Of a stretch of DNA of 64,000 nucleotides, positions 50,391 to 61,893 are shown piece by piece. Made by a program: the position numbers and the translations under genes. The DNA is from Anolis carolinensis (lineage: Eukaryota): contig NC_085842.1 of the NCBI RefSeq assembly GCF_035594765.1, positions 206,781,747 to 206,845,746 on the forward strand, in the 5' to 3' direction. Under the pieces are notes generated by a model. The model worked only from the letters and a program-made list of their open reading frames with translations, did no database searches and was not told the origin of the DNA. Numbering within the stretch: the first letter of the stretch is position 1; every line of letters begins with the position of its first letter.

Positions 50391-50580
50391 CTTAGAAAGA
50401 AGGAAGGAAGGAGTCGTTCCTCCTCGGGACGCGCTAGCAACGGAGTCTATGGTCACTGCGTCTATGACGTTGGCCCAATCCCCGCCCTGTCGCCATCAAG
50501 CGGCAAAGATTGGTTATGAGGGCAAGAAGGTTTGCCACAATGACCTCACTTCCGGCCGCGAACGGGACGCCGCCTAGAGG
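50385..50580 (-). promoter_or_regulatory. PFDN5: PFDN5 promoter / short pyrimidine-rich leader
   Basis: CpG-rich; YY1-like AAGATGGCG over the ATG; pyrimidine run 50394-50413; half-CRE (50465); CCAAT boxes (50475, 50509); GC box (~50480); ETS CACTTCCGG (50547). Confidence 0.75.
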
Positions 50581-50747
50581 GTTGGGAAGGAAGATGAATC
50601 AATGGAAACGCTGGGATACTCCATTGTAGAATTATTCATGCACTTTGGCACCTATTCAATTGCCGTGGAACACTGCGAGTTGTAGTTTTACAAGGTCTTT
50701 AGCCTCCTTGATCAAAGAGTGCTGGCACCTCACCAAACTACAAATCC

Positions 50748-50908
50748 CAGGAAGAACTTTGGAGTGTGGTGGAGGCTCCTTCTTTGGAGGCTTTTAAACA
50801 GAGGCTGGATGGCCATCTTTCGGGGTGCTTTGAATGTGTTTTTCCTGTTTCTTGGCAGGGGGTTGGACTGGATGACCCGTGAGGTTTCTTCCAACTTTAT
50901 GATTCTAT
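50748..50908 (+). mobile_element. CR1 3' fragment (same deletion junction as the 2790 copy)
   Basis: aggaagaactttggagtgtggtggaggctcc...ccaactttatgattctatg. Confidence 0.8.
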
Positions 50909-51049
50909 GCCTTATAGTCCTTGTATGGGCAAACTTGGACCCTCCGGGTGTTTTGGACTTCAACTCCCACAATTCCTAACAGCCTAGGAATTCCTAACAA
51001 CTCATGTTTGCCCATGCCTGATCTAAGTCATTAGTAAAGATGCTGAACA

Positions 51050-51330
51050 GGCCCAGCTCTGGAATTCCTTTATCTTCTAAGTGTTGTTCTTTATTTACTG
51101 TCCTGATTTTAGAGGTTTTAATACTGGAAGCCAGATTTTGTAGATTTGCATGGTTTCCTCCTTTCTGTTGAAATTGTCCACATGCTTGTGGATTTCAATG
51201 GCTTTTTCGTATAGCCTGACGTGGTTGTGAGAGTGGTCCAGCATTTCTGTGTTCTCAAATAATATGCTGTGTCCAGGTTGGTTCATCAAGTGCTCTGCTA
51301 TGGCTGATTTCTCTGACCTGGACACAGCAT
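51050..51330 (-). mobile_element. Penelope-like GIY-YIG endonuclease C-terminal fragment
   Basis: ORF 51095-51325: KSAIAEHLMNQPGHSILFENTEMLDH...EKAIEIHKHVDNFNRKEE. Confidence 0.8.
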
Positions 51331-51369
51331 ATTATTTGAGAACACTTTTTTGTTGTCTTTGCCCTCTTG

Positions 51370-51445
51370 GTTGCTTCTGACGTCATAGGGGTCCCTGACA
51401 CTCCGCGGGGCGTGGCTTTCGCCTCCCTCGCTATGCGCATGCTCA
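51370..51445 (+). promoter_or_regulatory. MYG1: MYG1 promoter
   Basis: Full CRE TGACGTCA (51378-51385); GC/KLF box GGGGCGTGGC (51407-51416); NRF1-like TGCGCATGC (51434); start of a CpG island. Confidence 0.72.
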
Positions 51446-51603
51446 GAGCCCTGGTCGAAGCTCCACGCCGTCTCTGCCGACTCTTCCTCTCCATGCCGGG
51501 CCCGAAGCGCCCGCACCCGGCCCGCATCGGGACCCACAGCGGCACCTTCCACTGCGACGACGCCCTCGCCTGCTTCCTCCTGCGGCTCCTGCCCGCTTAC
51601 CAG
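51433..51603 (+). CDS. MYG1: MYG1 exonuclease (C12orf10), exon 1; start could be 51433, 51439 or 51493
   Basis: MRMLRALVEAPRRLCRLFLSMPGPKRPHPARIGTHSGTFHCDDALACFLLRLLPAYQ|GTacgc; MYG1 IGTHxGxFHCD motif. Confidence 0.9.
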
Positions 51604-52029
51604 GTACGCAGCCTCCTCCCCGCGTTGCAGTTAGCCGGCCTCTGTCGCCGTAGAGCGGTGGGACTACAGCCCCCATGATTCCTCGCGGCCAGCTGGCTGC
51701 GCTTCCAAAGGAAGAAATACGCGCAAGGGGTGATGGGAATCGTAGGCCAGAATTACTCTCTTCATCCTGGTATCTAGAGAGGGAACGAGATTGAAATATG
51801 GGCAGCTTTTAAGTCTGGAAACAAATAATAAGATACAGTTTAAAAAATACTTTTTAAAACACTTTCTCGTGGCTTCCAAATCTTTTAATTTGACTATTTC
51901 TACTGAATTTTAGCAGTTTTAAAAAATCTTATTTCAGTGCAGTTCTTCAATTATGGTTAATTTTTACTACATTACGGTAACAATTTAACTGAATTTTAGC
52001 ATTTTTAAAGGTTTTCAAATACTAATATT

Positions 52030-52032
<3 letters not shown>

Positions 52033-52060
<28 letters not shown>
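52033..52060. repeat. (TA)n microsatellite
   Basis: Read directly from the sequence. Confidence 0.95.
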
Positions 52061-52074
52061 CATTTTCTATATAT

Positions 52075-52327
52075 AATCCAGGGAGCAGGGGAGCTCCCGC
52101 TGTTAGCCCCAGCTTCTGCCAACCTAGCAGTTCAAAAACATTCAAATGTAAGTAGAGCAATAGGTACCGCTCCGGCAGGAAGGTAAGGGCGCTCCATGCA
52201 GTCATGCCAGCTACGTGACCTTGGAGATGTCTACAGACAACGTTGGCTCTTCAGCTTAGAAATGGAGATGAGCACCAACCCCCAGAGTTGGACATGACTA
52301 GACTTAATGTCAAGGTGAAACCTTTAC
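52075..52327 (+). mobile_element. Sauria SINE, 5'-truncated
   Basis: Body and tail match the other copies. Confidence 0.85.
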
Positions 52328-52388
52328 ACATAATGGAGGTGAGACCTAATCCATTGATGGTTCACGTCAACCCTATAATTTGAATGTA

Positions 52389-52700
52389 CAGTAGAGTCTC
52401 ACTTATCCAAGCCTCGCTTATCCAAGCCTCTGGATTATCCAAGCCATTTTTGTAGTCAATTTTTGCAATATATCATGATATTTTAGTGCTAAATTTGTAA
52501 ATACGGTAATTACAACATAACATTACTGCGTATTGAACTACTTTTTCTGTCAAATTTGTTGTATAACATGATGTTTTGGTGCTTAATTTGTAAAATCATA
52601 ACCTAATTTGATGTTTAATAGGCTTTTCCTTAATCCCTCCTTATTCAAGATATTCGCTTATCCAAGCTTCTGCCAGCCCGTTTAGCTTGGATAAGTGAGA
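52389..52700. mobile_element. Tc1/mariner MITE with right TIR clipped by Penelope sequence
   Basis: Same family; ends at ataagtgaga. Confidence 0.85.
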
Positions 52701-52703
52701 ATA

Positions 52704-53170
52704 TTAAAGCCATAGAGAAGCCACTGAAATCAACAAGCATGTGGACCATTTCAACAGAAAGGAGGAAACCATGAAAATGAACAAAATCTGGCTACCACTA
52801 TTTAAAAACTCTAAAATCAGGACAGTAAATAAAGAACAACACTCAGAAAACAGGGGAATTCCAGACAGAAAATAATCGGGGCCAGGTAACACCTCCCAAC
52901 ACCTTCCCCCAGGAAGGAAGCAGCCAGGCTATGAAACTGAAATGCCATTCAGTGCTAATCAAGGTGATTAATTGCAACCTTCACACTTGCCAATGGACAA
53001 GAGTTCTTTCTTCCACCTTCCTGGACCTTTCACAGATATATAAACCCCACTTGCCTAGTTTCCAACAGACCTCACAACCTCTGAGGATGCCTGCCATAGA
53101 GGTGGGCAAAACATCAGGAGAGAATGCTTCTAGAACATGGCCATACAGCCCAGAAAACTCACAGCAACCC
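52704..53170 (+). mobile_element. Penelope-like 3' fragment with degenerate hammerhead (53078-53118)
   Basis: REATEINKHVDHFNRKEETMKMNKIWLP followed by the pseudo-LTR repeat. Confidence 0.8.
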
Positions 53171-54316
53171 AATATCATTAATAGATTTGTGCATGAACCA
53201 AAGCTTGTGTACATTGAATTGTCAGAAAGGAAAGTAAACGAAAGCCTCTGTTCTATGACACTAATATGATCTTGTCGATTGTTGGCTTCTGGGGCTTGAA
53301 TAGAGTTACATCTACTAAAAATACATGCTCCCCCTTTGGGATCAAAGAACTTGGCCATAATTCCCTTATGCTGTCTGAAAGTTACTATGAAAAGCATTTG
53401 CTGCATTGATGGTGGTCCAGAAATCTCTATGTCCACCATATACAGAACAAGGCTGATGGTATACCAAATAGGTATAAACTTGCAGATAAGACAGAATGGT
53501 TCATTATACAGACTCATGATGCACATCTGATAATTTTCAAACATGCCTTTTTTTCATGTCAGGAGCTACTTGAGAAACTGCAAGTCGCTTCTGGTGTGAG
53601 AGAATTGGCCATCTGCAAGGATGTTGCCCAGAGGATGCCTGGATGTTTGATGTTTTACCATTCTGTGGGAGGCTTTTCTCATGTCCCCACATGGACCTGG
53701 AGCTGACAGACGGGAGCTCACCCTGCTCCCCGGATTTGAATTGCTGACCTTTCGATCAGCAGTCCTGCCAGCACAAGGGTTTAATCAATTGCACCATTGG
53801 GGGCTCCTCAAACGTGCATGAAAGACAATTCTAGTGATACCTGGTTGTGGGAGGGAAGACAGTATGACCAGATGAATGGTCAAGGTGGCAACAACAACAA
53901 TAATAATAATACAAAAAATATTTATTGCCTGCTGCTCTTCGCACCATAAGGCCGTGACACTGTTAGAATATATTATAATAGAATGCATTCAATAAAATGC
54001 ATATATTAAAATATAGTTCTATAAAATACGCATATTAAAATGCATACGTCAAAGACTGACACCAGTACCAATGACATGCAAGTTAAAATTCCTCATTTAA
54101 AATTGACTAATTAGGCCTGCCAGAAGAGATGATTTAGCTGTCGGATCTCTTCTGGCAGGTTGTCCCACAGTCTTCATGACGTGACCTATGAAAAGGTCCT
54201 CTAGGTGACAGTTGCCGCTTAATAATAAGAATAAGAATAACTTTATTTTTATACCCCACCTCCATCTCCCCAAAGGGATTCAGGGCGGCTTACATGGGGC
54301 CAAGCCCGGGTAATTA

Positions 54317-55088
54317 CAAGGGTTGAATGAAAAGTAATGCCTCCACCTTCGTAACTCCTCAACAGATGGCAGTACTGGTATGCGGCAGGGACTGCCTTGT
54401 TCAGTAGACTCTCCTCTAGTTCCATTTGGCGGGAAGCCTTAGAATTGAACGGTTGTGTTGTTAAAGTGCGAAGTATGGAACCCTGCGCAGATGGTCGGTC
54501 AATGTGACTTAAGCAACGTCCAGTCATTGAATTCTTGAAAAGCAGAAAATGTCACCCCAAAGGAGAGTCATCAGAAAATGCAAGCTGTTTATGGTGATTG
54601 TGTTGATGTGAGTACTGTGCGTCATTGGGCGAGTAAGTTTAAAAATGTTGAGGTGGGAACATCTGACTTGCGTGACAAACGAAGAGTTGGACGCCCTTTG
54701 ACAGCAACCACTGAGTTTCACAAGTAAAAGGTTGACAGATTGATTCAGGACGATCGTCGTATCACTCAGAGAGATACATATAATCGGCATTTCACAAGAA
54801 TGTGTGGGTCACATTATTGCTTTGCTTGGCTATCGGAAGATCTGTGCATGATGGGTACTGTGAGACGCTGGTTCCAGAAACAGAGTGTAGACTTCTTCCG
54901 TGACGGCTTCAGAAAACTTGTTCATCGTTGGCAGAAATGTATCCAATTGTCTGGTGATTATGTGGAAAAGTGAATAATTATAGTTAAAGAGCACATTCTA
55001 AGGATTATTTCTGCATTTGATTTATTAAAATATTCCCATCCAAATCCAAGTAACGAAGGTGGAGGCATTACTTTTCATTCAACGCTCG
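54317..55088 (+). mobile_element. Mariner internal-deletion derivative
   Basis: TA-flanked TIRs CAAGGGTTGAATGAAAAGTAATGCCTCCACCTTCG; transposase remnants KQRPVIEFL..QAVYGDCVDVSTVRHWASKF..GRP..RLIQDDRRIT and FFRDGFRKLVHRWQKCIQLSGDYVEK*. Confidence 0.9.
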
Positions 55089-55586
55089 TACACTAATCAG
55101 CAGATAAAAACACAACAAGTAAAACACAGGTATACAATAATAATCTCAAAATATAATTCAACACAATTAAAAAACCCAAGCAGAGTTCATAAAAATGAAC
55201 TGGGCAGAGGTGCATGGAGTATATCTTGTAAACTTAGAGAATTAATTAGATGACTGAAGTACTGCAATTAATAGGAGACTTGGATGGGTAGACACTAGAA
55301 ACATTTCCAACTGATGGAATAGAATAAACTGCATCAAATATCATAGTAGTCACTGGAACAGGACCTGTCATGGGGTGAATATTCATTCTCTAAAAGCCTG
55401 CTGGAAAAGACAAGTTTTTAAGCTTTTCCTAAAGACTAATAGGGTGGGTGGTTGCCTAATCTCCCTGGGGAGAGAGTTCCAAAGCCGGGAGGCCTTTTCT
55501 CATCCCCACAAGCCGGGGGGGGGGGGGGGGGGGGGGCTTCTTCCATCCCATTACTTCTCCATGTTGTTACTCCTCTGTTCCTCCAG

Positions 55587-55699
55587 GATGCGGAGATTAT
55601 CCGGACACGGGATCCCCAGTTGCTGTCGGATTGCGATGTGGTGGTGGATGTTGGAGGGGAGTATGACCCCCAGAGGCATCGCTATGACCATCACCAGAG
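55587..55699 (+). CDS. MYG1: MYG1 exon 2
   Basis: ctccAG|[37 protein letters not shown](R)|GTacta; DHH motif. Confidence 0.96.
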
Positions 55700-56065
55700 G
55701 TACTATTAGAGGTCCCAACAGTTGCATGTTTTGTGGGAGGGCCTCTTATTGGAGGGTTTGGTTGGCCCCATGGGGACAGATCAAAAGATCAGATAGGGGG
55801 ATCCTGCGGCCCTCTAGATATCAGTGACTTGGCTAGTTGGAGCTAATGGGAGCTGGAATCTAAAGACTTCTGAAAGGCTTCCATTGTGGTAGGCGAACAG
55901 GCATCAACCACATTTCCACCTGCATCTTGGCTCCCCTGTTACTTTTTATTCTATCCAAAGTGCTGGTTATGCCTATACAGCTTGAGTTCAGACTGTCTGA
56001 AACATGGTTGTCGCCCAATATTGCCTGAGTTTTCAAATCCTCAGGAGAAAATATTGAATCTTTTT

Positions 56066-57044
56066 ACACTATGTAACACAATTTTTGTTCCTGATCTATA
56101 AATGTCATTTCCTAATTGGTTCTATCATAAAAACATAGGAAAAGTTTATTAAACTAAAAAACTTTGGTTTTGCAGGTCATCCTGCAGCACATTTTGCTCT
56201 AGTTTTTCAATGAATACCTCATAGAGTCTTAACTGATTCAACATGGCGAGAGTCACATCCACTGTTTCAACGTCCACGTTAAAATAGTGGATGTGGCTCT
56301 TAATGAGAAATACCACATTATCACAGGAGGTCTACGCCCCACACCAGTGGAGAAATTATACTGTTTAGCCGGCATTGCACCACCTGACATTCGCCGGAAA
56401 GTAGCAGCCAGTAATGAAAGGACTAAGGCATTGACATCTCCAGCCCATCTCCTGTTTGGATATCAGCCAGCACACCAACACCTTAAATCAAGAACTAGTT
56501 TTCTAAGATATACAGAGATACTCACAGGAACACCTCAGCAAGCAAGAGTCCAAAAGTGGCAGGTACCTCAACCCATGGCTGATACCAGATGAGAAACTCC
56601 CTCCTGGGCAGACAGAAAACAGACTGCGCTCTGGCACCACAAGATGCAGAGCCAACCTTCAAAAATGGGGCCACGAAGTGCAAGTGTGGAGAAGAGCAAA
56701 CCACAGACCACCTATTACACCGCAGCCTGAGCCCTGCCACGTGCACAATGGAGGACCTTCTTATAGCAACACCAGAGGCACTCCAAGTGGCCAGCTACTG
56801 GTCAAAGAACATTTAGTATAATGCCAAGTTTTTAACTTTGTGTTTTCAAATATATTATAACTGCACTCTCTGTTTGCTTTTGACATGATAAATAAATAAC
56901 CAATTCAACATAATTTGTGGCAGACACAAAAACGAAGTTTCTGAAGTATAACAACTACTTTTGAAATAAGTACTGCACAGTTAAAAAGGAAATAACACTT
57001 TCAAACCAGGAAGATAATCTTTTTCAAATTTTGTTACACAATGT
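56066..57044. mobile_element. Non-autonomous DNA element (termini ACACTATGTAACA/TGTTACACAATGT); other copies ~58550-59210 (split by a SINE) and ~60803-61070
   Basis: Three homologous copies in MYG1 introns with short terminal inverted repeats. Confidence 0.7.
56245..56897 (+). mobile_element. Vingi/Ingi-type LINE 3' fragment nested in a MITE
   Basis: IITGGLRPTPVEKLYCLAGIAPPDIRRKVA; CKCGEEQTTDHLL; (TAAA)n tail; TSD ATTCAACAT (56236-56244 / 56903-56911). Confidence 0.75.
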
Positions 57045-57782
57045 TATCATTGCAGACACATTGTTAAGGGCATGGGAAAGAGCCTTCTTGGTGTTTTTTT
57101 TCCAGACGAGAGCTTTTCAAACTGTGTATCACAGTATGTTAGCGTTGCAGTGTGCTGTGTAAATGTAAGAAGAAATAACACAAATTTTGGAAATTAATAT
57201 AATTGTCTTACAAGTCATATATTTTTTAAAATATAAATAAAAGGTTTTCATGAAGTATGTTGTACCCACATACATTTTGTTATTACAAATGTATGAGTGT
57301 GTCCATATCCCTTATAAGGAATTGGTTTAACCTCCAGTTTGCTATCAAAAGTGAATTTCTGTGTCACGATAATGAGACATGTCTAAAAATGTGTCACCAG
57401 CATGAAATGTTTGGAAAGCTCTGCCCCAGACTGTGGAATTCTTTTCCATGGTAAGCTAAGGCCCCATCTACAATGCCATATAAAATCCAGATTTTTTTTT
57501 AACTGGATTATATGGCAGTGTAGACTCATATAATCCAGTTCAAAGTAGATAATCTGGATTATATGGCAGTGTAGAAATTCCCACTTGCTTCTATGGCTTT
57601 TAACAAGTTTTTGAAAAATGATTCCACTGGTCCACAAGCAGAAGAGATACGTTCAGATTTCCTTTTGTCAAGACACTGGGAAATGTTTGCTTCTGTGCAG
57701 TGGGAGTTGTCATCTGTAGTTGAGGGGAAGTGGGTTTCTTTCTATGTAATTGATCTCCTCTGATCTTTCCTTGTCCCCTCAG

Positions 57783-57942
57783 GTCGTTTGGAGAGTCAAT
57801 GCATAGCTTGAAACCAGATAAACCATGGCAGACTAAGCTGAGTAGTGCAGGGCTGGTCTACTGCCATTTTGGCTCCCAGATCCTGGCCAACCGGCTGGGT
57901 CTCAAAGAGCAGGATCCCGTCTTGCACGTGTTGTATGACAAG
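57783..57942 (+). CDS. MYG1: MYG1 exon 3
   Basis: ctcAG|SFGESMHSLKPDKPWQTKLSSAGLVYCHFGSQILANRLGLKEQDPVLHVLYDK|GTatgt. Confidence 0.95.
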
Positions 57943-58639
57943 GTATGTATGGGAGATGAGGGAAGAGGAGCCAGAAGGGCCACTCCTCTGAGAATGGAAC
58001 AAACTCACCTTGGGCCATTGCTTTCAGTCTTAGGGCCAAACCTATTATAAGTTGAGTTTCCCTTAGCCAAAATGCTTGGGACCAGAAGTGTTTCAGATTT
58101 TAGATTATTTCAGATCTTGGAATATTTTCATATACATACACAACTAGACATATTGGAGATGAAACCCATGTCTGAACGCCAAAGTATGAAGGTGCTGTTT
58201 TTCTTCCATTCTAAGATACACTTTCCCCCCTATATAAACAGATCTAAAAATGGTGAGCATCTTAGAATCACAGGTGTATCTTATTTATTTTTAGTGGTGG
58301 TGGTTCCAGTGGCACTGGAATTAGGGTATGTCTTGCAATCTAAGAAATATGATCATTGTGTACACCACATTTTTAACCATTTTGTGCATGAAAGAAAATG
58401 TGTGTACCCTGAATCATCAGAAAGCAAAGGCATTGCAACCTCAGCCACCCATGTTGATGTTTTTGGTTTTGGAATTCCAGATAAGGAATGTGAAACCACT
58501 ATCAGGTTGAATGAAGCAACAAATCTGGGGTGTCATGAAAAAGCATCAAAGTTACACAATGTACCAAAATTTGAAAAAAAAAATCTGTTCCTGGTTTTAA
58601 AATGTTGTTTCCTGTTTAATTGTGCAGTGCTTCCTTTGA

Positions 58640-58975
58640 GGAGCCCATGGTGGCGCAGTGGATTAAACTGCTTGTTAACTTGGGAGCGGGGTGAATCTGT
58701 TTGAATCTGGGCAATTTGAATCTGGGCGGCGGGTTGAGCTCCTGCTGCTACCCCAGCTCCTGCCAACCAAGCAGTTCAAAACATGCAGATGTGAGTAGAT
58801 CAGTAGGAATGGCTCCAGCAAGAAGGTAACAGCGCTCCATGCAGTCATGCTGGCCACATGACCTTGGAGTTGTCTATGGACAACACTGGCTCTTCAGCTT
58901 AGAAATGGAGATGAGCACCAATCCCCAGAGTTGGACACAACTAGACTTAACATCAGAGGAAAACCTTTACCTTTA
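58640..58975 (+). mobile_element. Sauria SINE nested in a DNA element
   Basis: ggagcccatggtggcgcagtgg...aacctttacctttac. Confidence 0.88.
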
Positions 58976-59364
58976 CTAGTTACTTTGAAAGTAGTTGTTA
59001 TACTCCAGAAACTTCATTTTTGGGTCTGCCACAAACTATTTTGTATTGGTTGAGACTCTATGAGATATTCGTTGAAGAACTATAGCAAAATGTGCTGCAG
59101 GCTATCTCGCAAAACCAAAGTTTTTGCAGTTGAAGAAACTTTTTCCATGTTTTTATGATAGAACCAATTGGGAAATGATATTTAAAACCTAGGGACAAAA
59201 ATTGTGTTATTTGCATTTTCATTTATTACAAGTTTAATGTTAGGACAGGAGACAGGTGCTTGTAGAATTTGGCTAGAGCTGGGTTGTTTGCACCTTGACT
59301 TTGAAATGGTTTTTGCTGCTTCACCTGAACTGGTCTTGACAAATAATTACATACTATCGTATAG

Positions 59365-59745
59365 CTGGAAGAAATGCCAAGGGTCATCCAGTCCAACCCC
59401 CTTGCCATGCCCGAATACACATTCCCAAAAAACGGCCATCTAGCATCTATCTAAAAACCTCCAGGGAAGGAGACTGCACCACACTCTGGGGCAGCAGCAT
59501 ATTCCACTCTCAAACAGCTCTTGTTGCCAGGAGGTTCTTCCTAATGTTCAAGTGGAGTGTCTTTTCAAGCAGTTTGAATTCATTGCTCCATGTGCTAATC
59601 TCCGAAGCAGCAGAGAACAAGTTTGCCCCACCCTCAATGTGAGATGCTTTCAAAGATTTAAACATGGCTTTTGCCCCCTCTGCACCTTCTCTCCTCCGAG
59701 CTGTTCCTCATAGGGCTTGGCTTCCAAACCTTTGATCATTTGCCC
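59365..59745 (-). mobile_element. Old CR1 3' fragment
   Basis: catccagtccaacccc...aggttcttcctaatgttcaagtgga...ctcatagggcttgg, similar to the 17828 copy; short CR1 tails also at ~25100-25170 and 27789-27889. Confidence 0.75.
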
Positions 59746-59856
59746 AGCTTGCAGAATAAAAGGAAGGCTGAGTAGGAGAAAGCTCCCATTGACCTTGTGT
59801 CCTGGTAGTGGTGGTTCTCAGGTGGTTCTACCTGACTTTTTCCTCTTTCCTCCCAG

Positions 59857-60006
59857 ATATATGAGAACTTTGTGGAGGAGATTGATGCAATCGACAATGG
59901 CATCTCCCAGTGGGATGGAGAGCCTCGCTATGCCATGACCACGAACGTGAGTGCCAGAGTGGGATACTTGAACCCCCGCTGGAATGACAAAGATCAAGAC
60001 ACAGAG
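59857..60006 (+). CDS. MYG1: MYG1 exon 4
   Basis: cccAG|IYENFVEEIDAIDNGISQWDGEPRYAMTTNVSARVGYLNPRWNDKDQDTE|GTaagg. Confidence 0.95.
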
Positions 60007-60164
60007 GTAAGGATATGGAAGCTTGGGAGCTGTTTATATGGTATTTCTGTGTTTTAAAATACATGTGGTGACTTTCATCCCCATGTCCAGAATTTCTTAC
60101 ACAATACAGAGAAGATGAGGTACAGAATTAATCAAATGGCAATTTTTAAAAATAAAAGTACAGT

Positions 60165-60743
60165 TGTGCCTCTGCTAGACTACGCACTATGTACTCCTGT
60201 TAAACCTTCATTTAGTTAGAGATTAGTATTTTTTGTATAGTTTGTGGGGCTAATCTAGATAGCCTCTTTCTTCATATATTTGAAACCTCCCTCACCATGT
60301 CCTTTTAAGACTTCTCTCAGGCCTTAGCCAAGACCTTTCTGGCTCCTTGTGGAGTCAGGCAGTGTGGTATTGGAAGATGAAGAGTAAGGAAGGTGGAAGA
60401 ACCACAAAATAGAAGGTCATGTCGAAGCACCACAAGTTACATCAAAGCCACACAAGTCAAACCACACAACTCATATAAGTTACATCAAAGCTGTATAAAA
60501 GTTAAGACACAAAGTAAAGCCACGTGGGAGATATGACAGATTGAGATCCAAATGAAGCTGTATCATCAAGTCAGAATTGTGATTGTGCTTCAAAGACTGG
60601 CAGTAAAACTCTGAAGAAGAGGAAGTTTGAGATCTGTTATTTAATAAATTATTGTTTTTACGTCACATGTTTAGCATTCGATCTGTTACCTGCATCACAG
60701 ACACCTTTCAGATAAATAGCTAAGGTAGTGCAGGGCTAGAACA
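60165..60743 (+). mobile_element. Solo LTR
   Basis: TGT...ACA termini; 5-bp TSD ACAGT (60160-60164 / 60744-60748); internal TATAAAA (60494) and AATAAA (60643). Confidence 0.75.
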
Positions 60744-61893
60744 ACAGTAGATCCGCATATTATGCGAGGGATCATTCTTTGTGTAACACGATTTATGCAT
60801 ATAACACTTTGTAACACATTTTTGTTTTTGGGTTATAAATGTCATTTCTTAATTGGATCTATCATAAAGACATGTAAAAGGTTTATTGAACTGCAAAAAA
60901 AAAAGACATCCTGCAGCACATTTTGGTATAGTTTTTCAGTGAATATCTCATCGTGTCTCAACCAATTCAATATCATTTGTGACAGCCAAAAAACCCAAAG
61001 TTTCTGGAGTAGAGCAACTGCTTTGAAAGTAAGCACAGCACAATTAAACAGGAAATAACACTTTCAAAGCATAGCATACATTGTGCAGAAGGACCTAGTG
61101 AAGTGTTTGTTCTGGACCTCTAGCACAGTTCTTTGGTCAACTTTCACTGGAAGTTTGACCATAGAATCGTTCTCTAGGCATTGCCAGGTCCTCCTGTGCA
61201 ATTCTATGGTATGTATAAATGAAACTGTATGGAGAGAATTCATGTCATAAGTGGTTCTTTTGTAGTAGAAGTAGCCTTTAAAACTTTTTTAAAAAACTTT
61301 TAAGATCTGGGAGAAAAAGCAGACCTGCCTGGTATCAAAAAGGCTAGCAGAGAAGACACCAAGAATTCTCTTTCAGGAGAGTGTACTGTAACTGGGTTTT
61401 GATGGAGAAGATCTTTTCTTCAGTCACTGCACACTTCAGATGATGAGGGGAATCAGGAGCAGACACTTTGCAGGAGGGGAAGTTGGAGCAAATAAAGTGA
61501 GGCGTGTTGGCATCTGTCCTTGTTCATTCTATCTTATTCTTGTTTTTAAGGAAGACAGTCTAATGGATAATCAAACCCCTTTCCCCCATAAACAGGCCCA
61601 GCTCCTCTGTGTTCTCACTTGGTGGAAGGCTGTGTGAACAGCAAACAATAGCAGTCCCCCAGTAGGCAGCAAGAATCTGCCATTTTTAATTTCCCTGAAC
61701 CCCTGCTGGAATAACAGCTCCGTGTCTTCATTAGTTTTTAAGAGAATCAGACCCCTTGAGAAAACTGTTGAATGGATATTTGTCTGCATGGCATCCATTG
61801 GGTATGAGATGGCTTGTCCCTATCCTTTCCACCCACCTGCAGCTAACCTTAGCTGATAAAAGATCAAAAAAAGGCAGCATGGTTGTTTTAAAT

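Noticed and set aside
58072-58704. 210-aa ORF in MYG1 intron 3
   Set aside because: It crosses several unrelated repeat fragments, has no recognisable domain, and is most likely a chance ORF.
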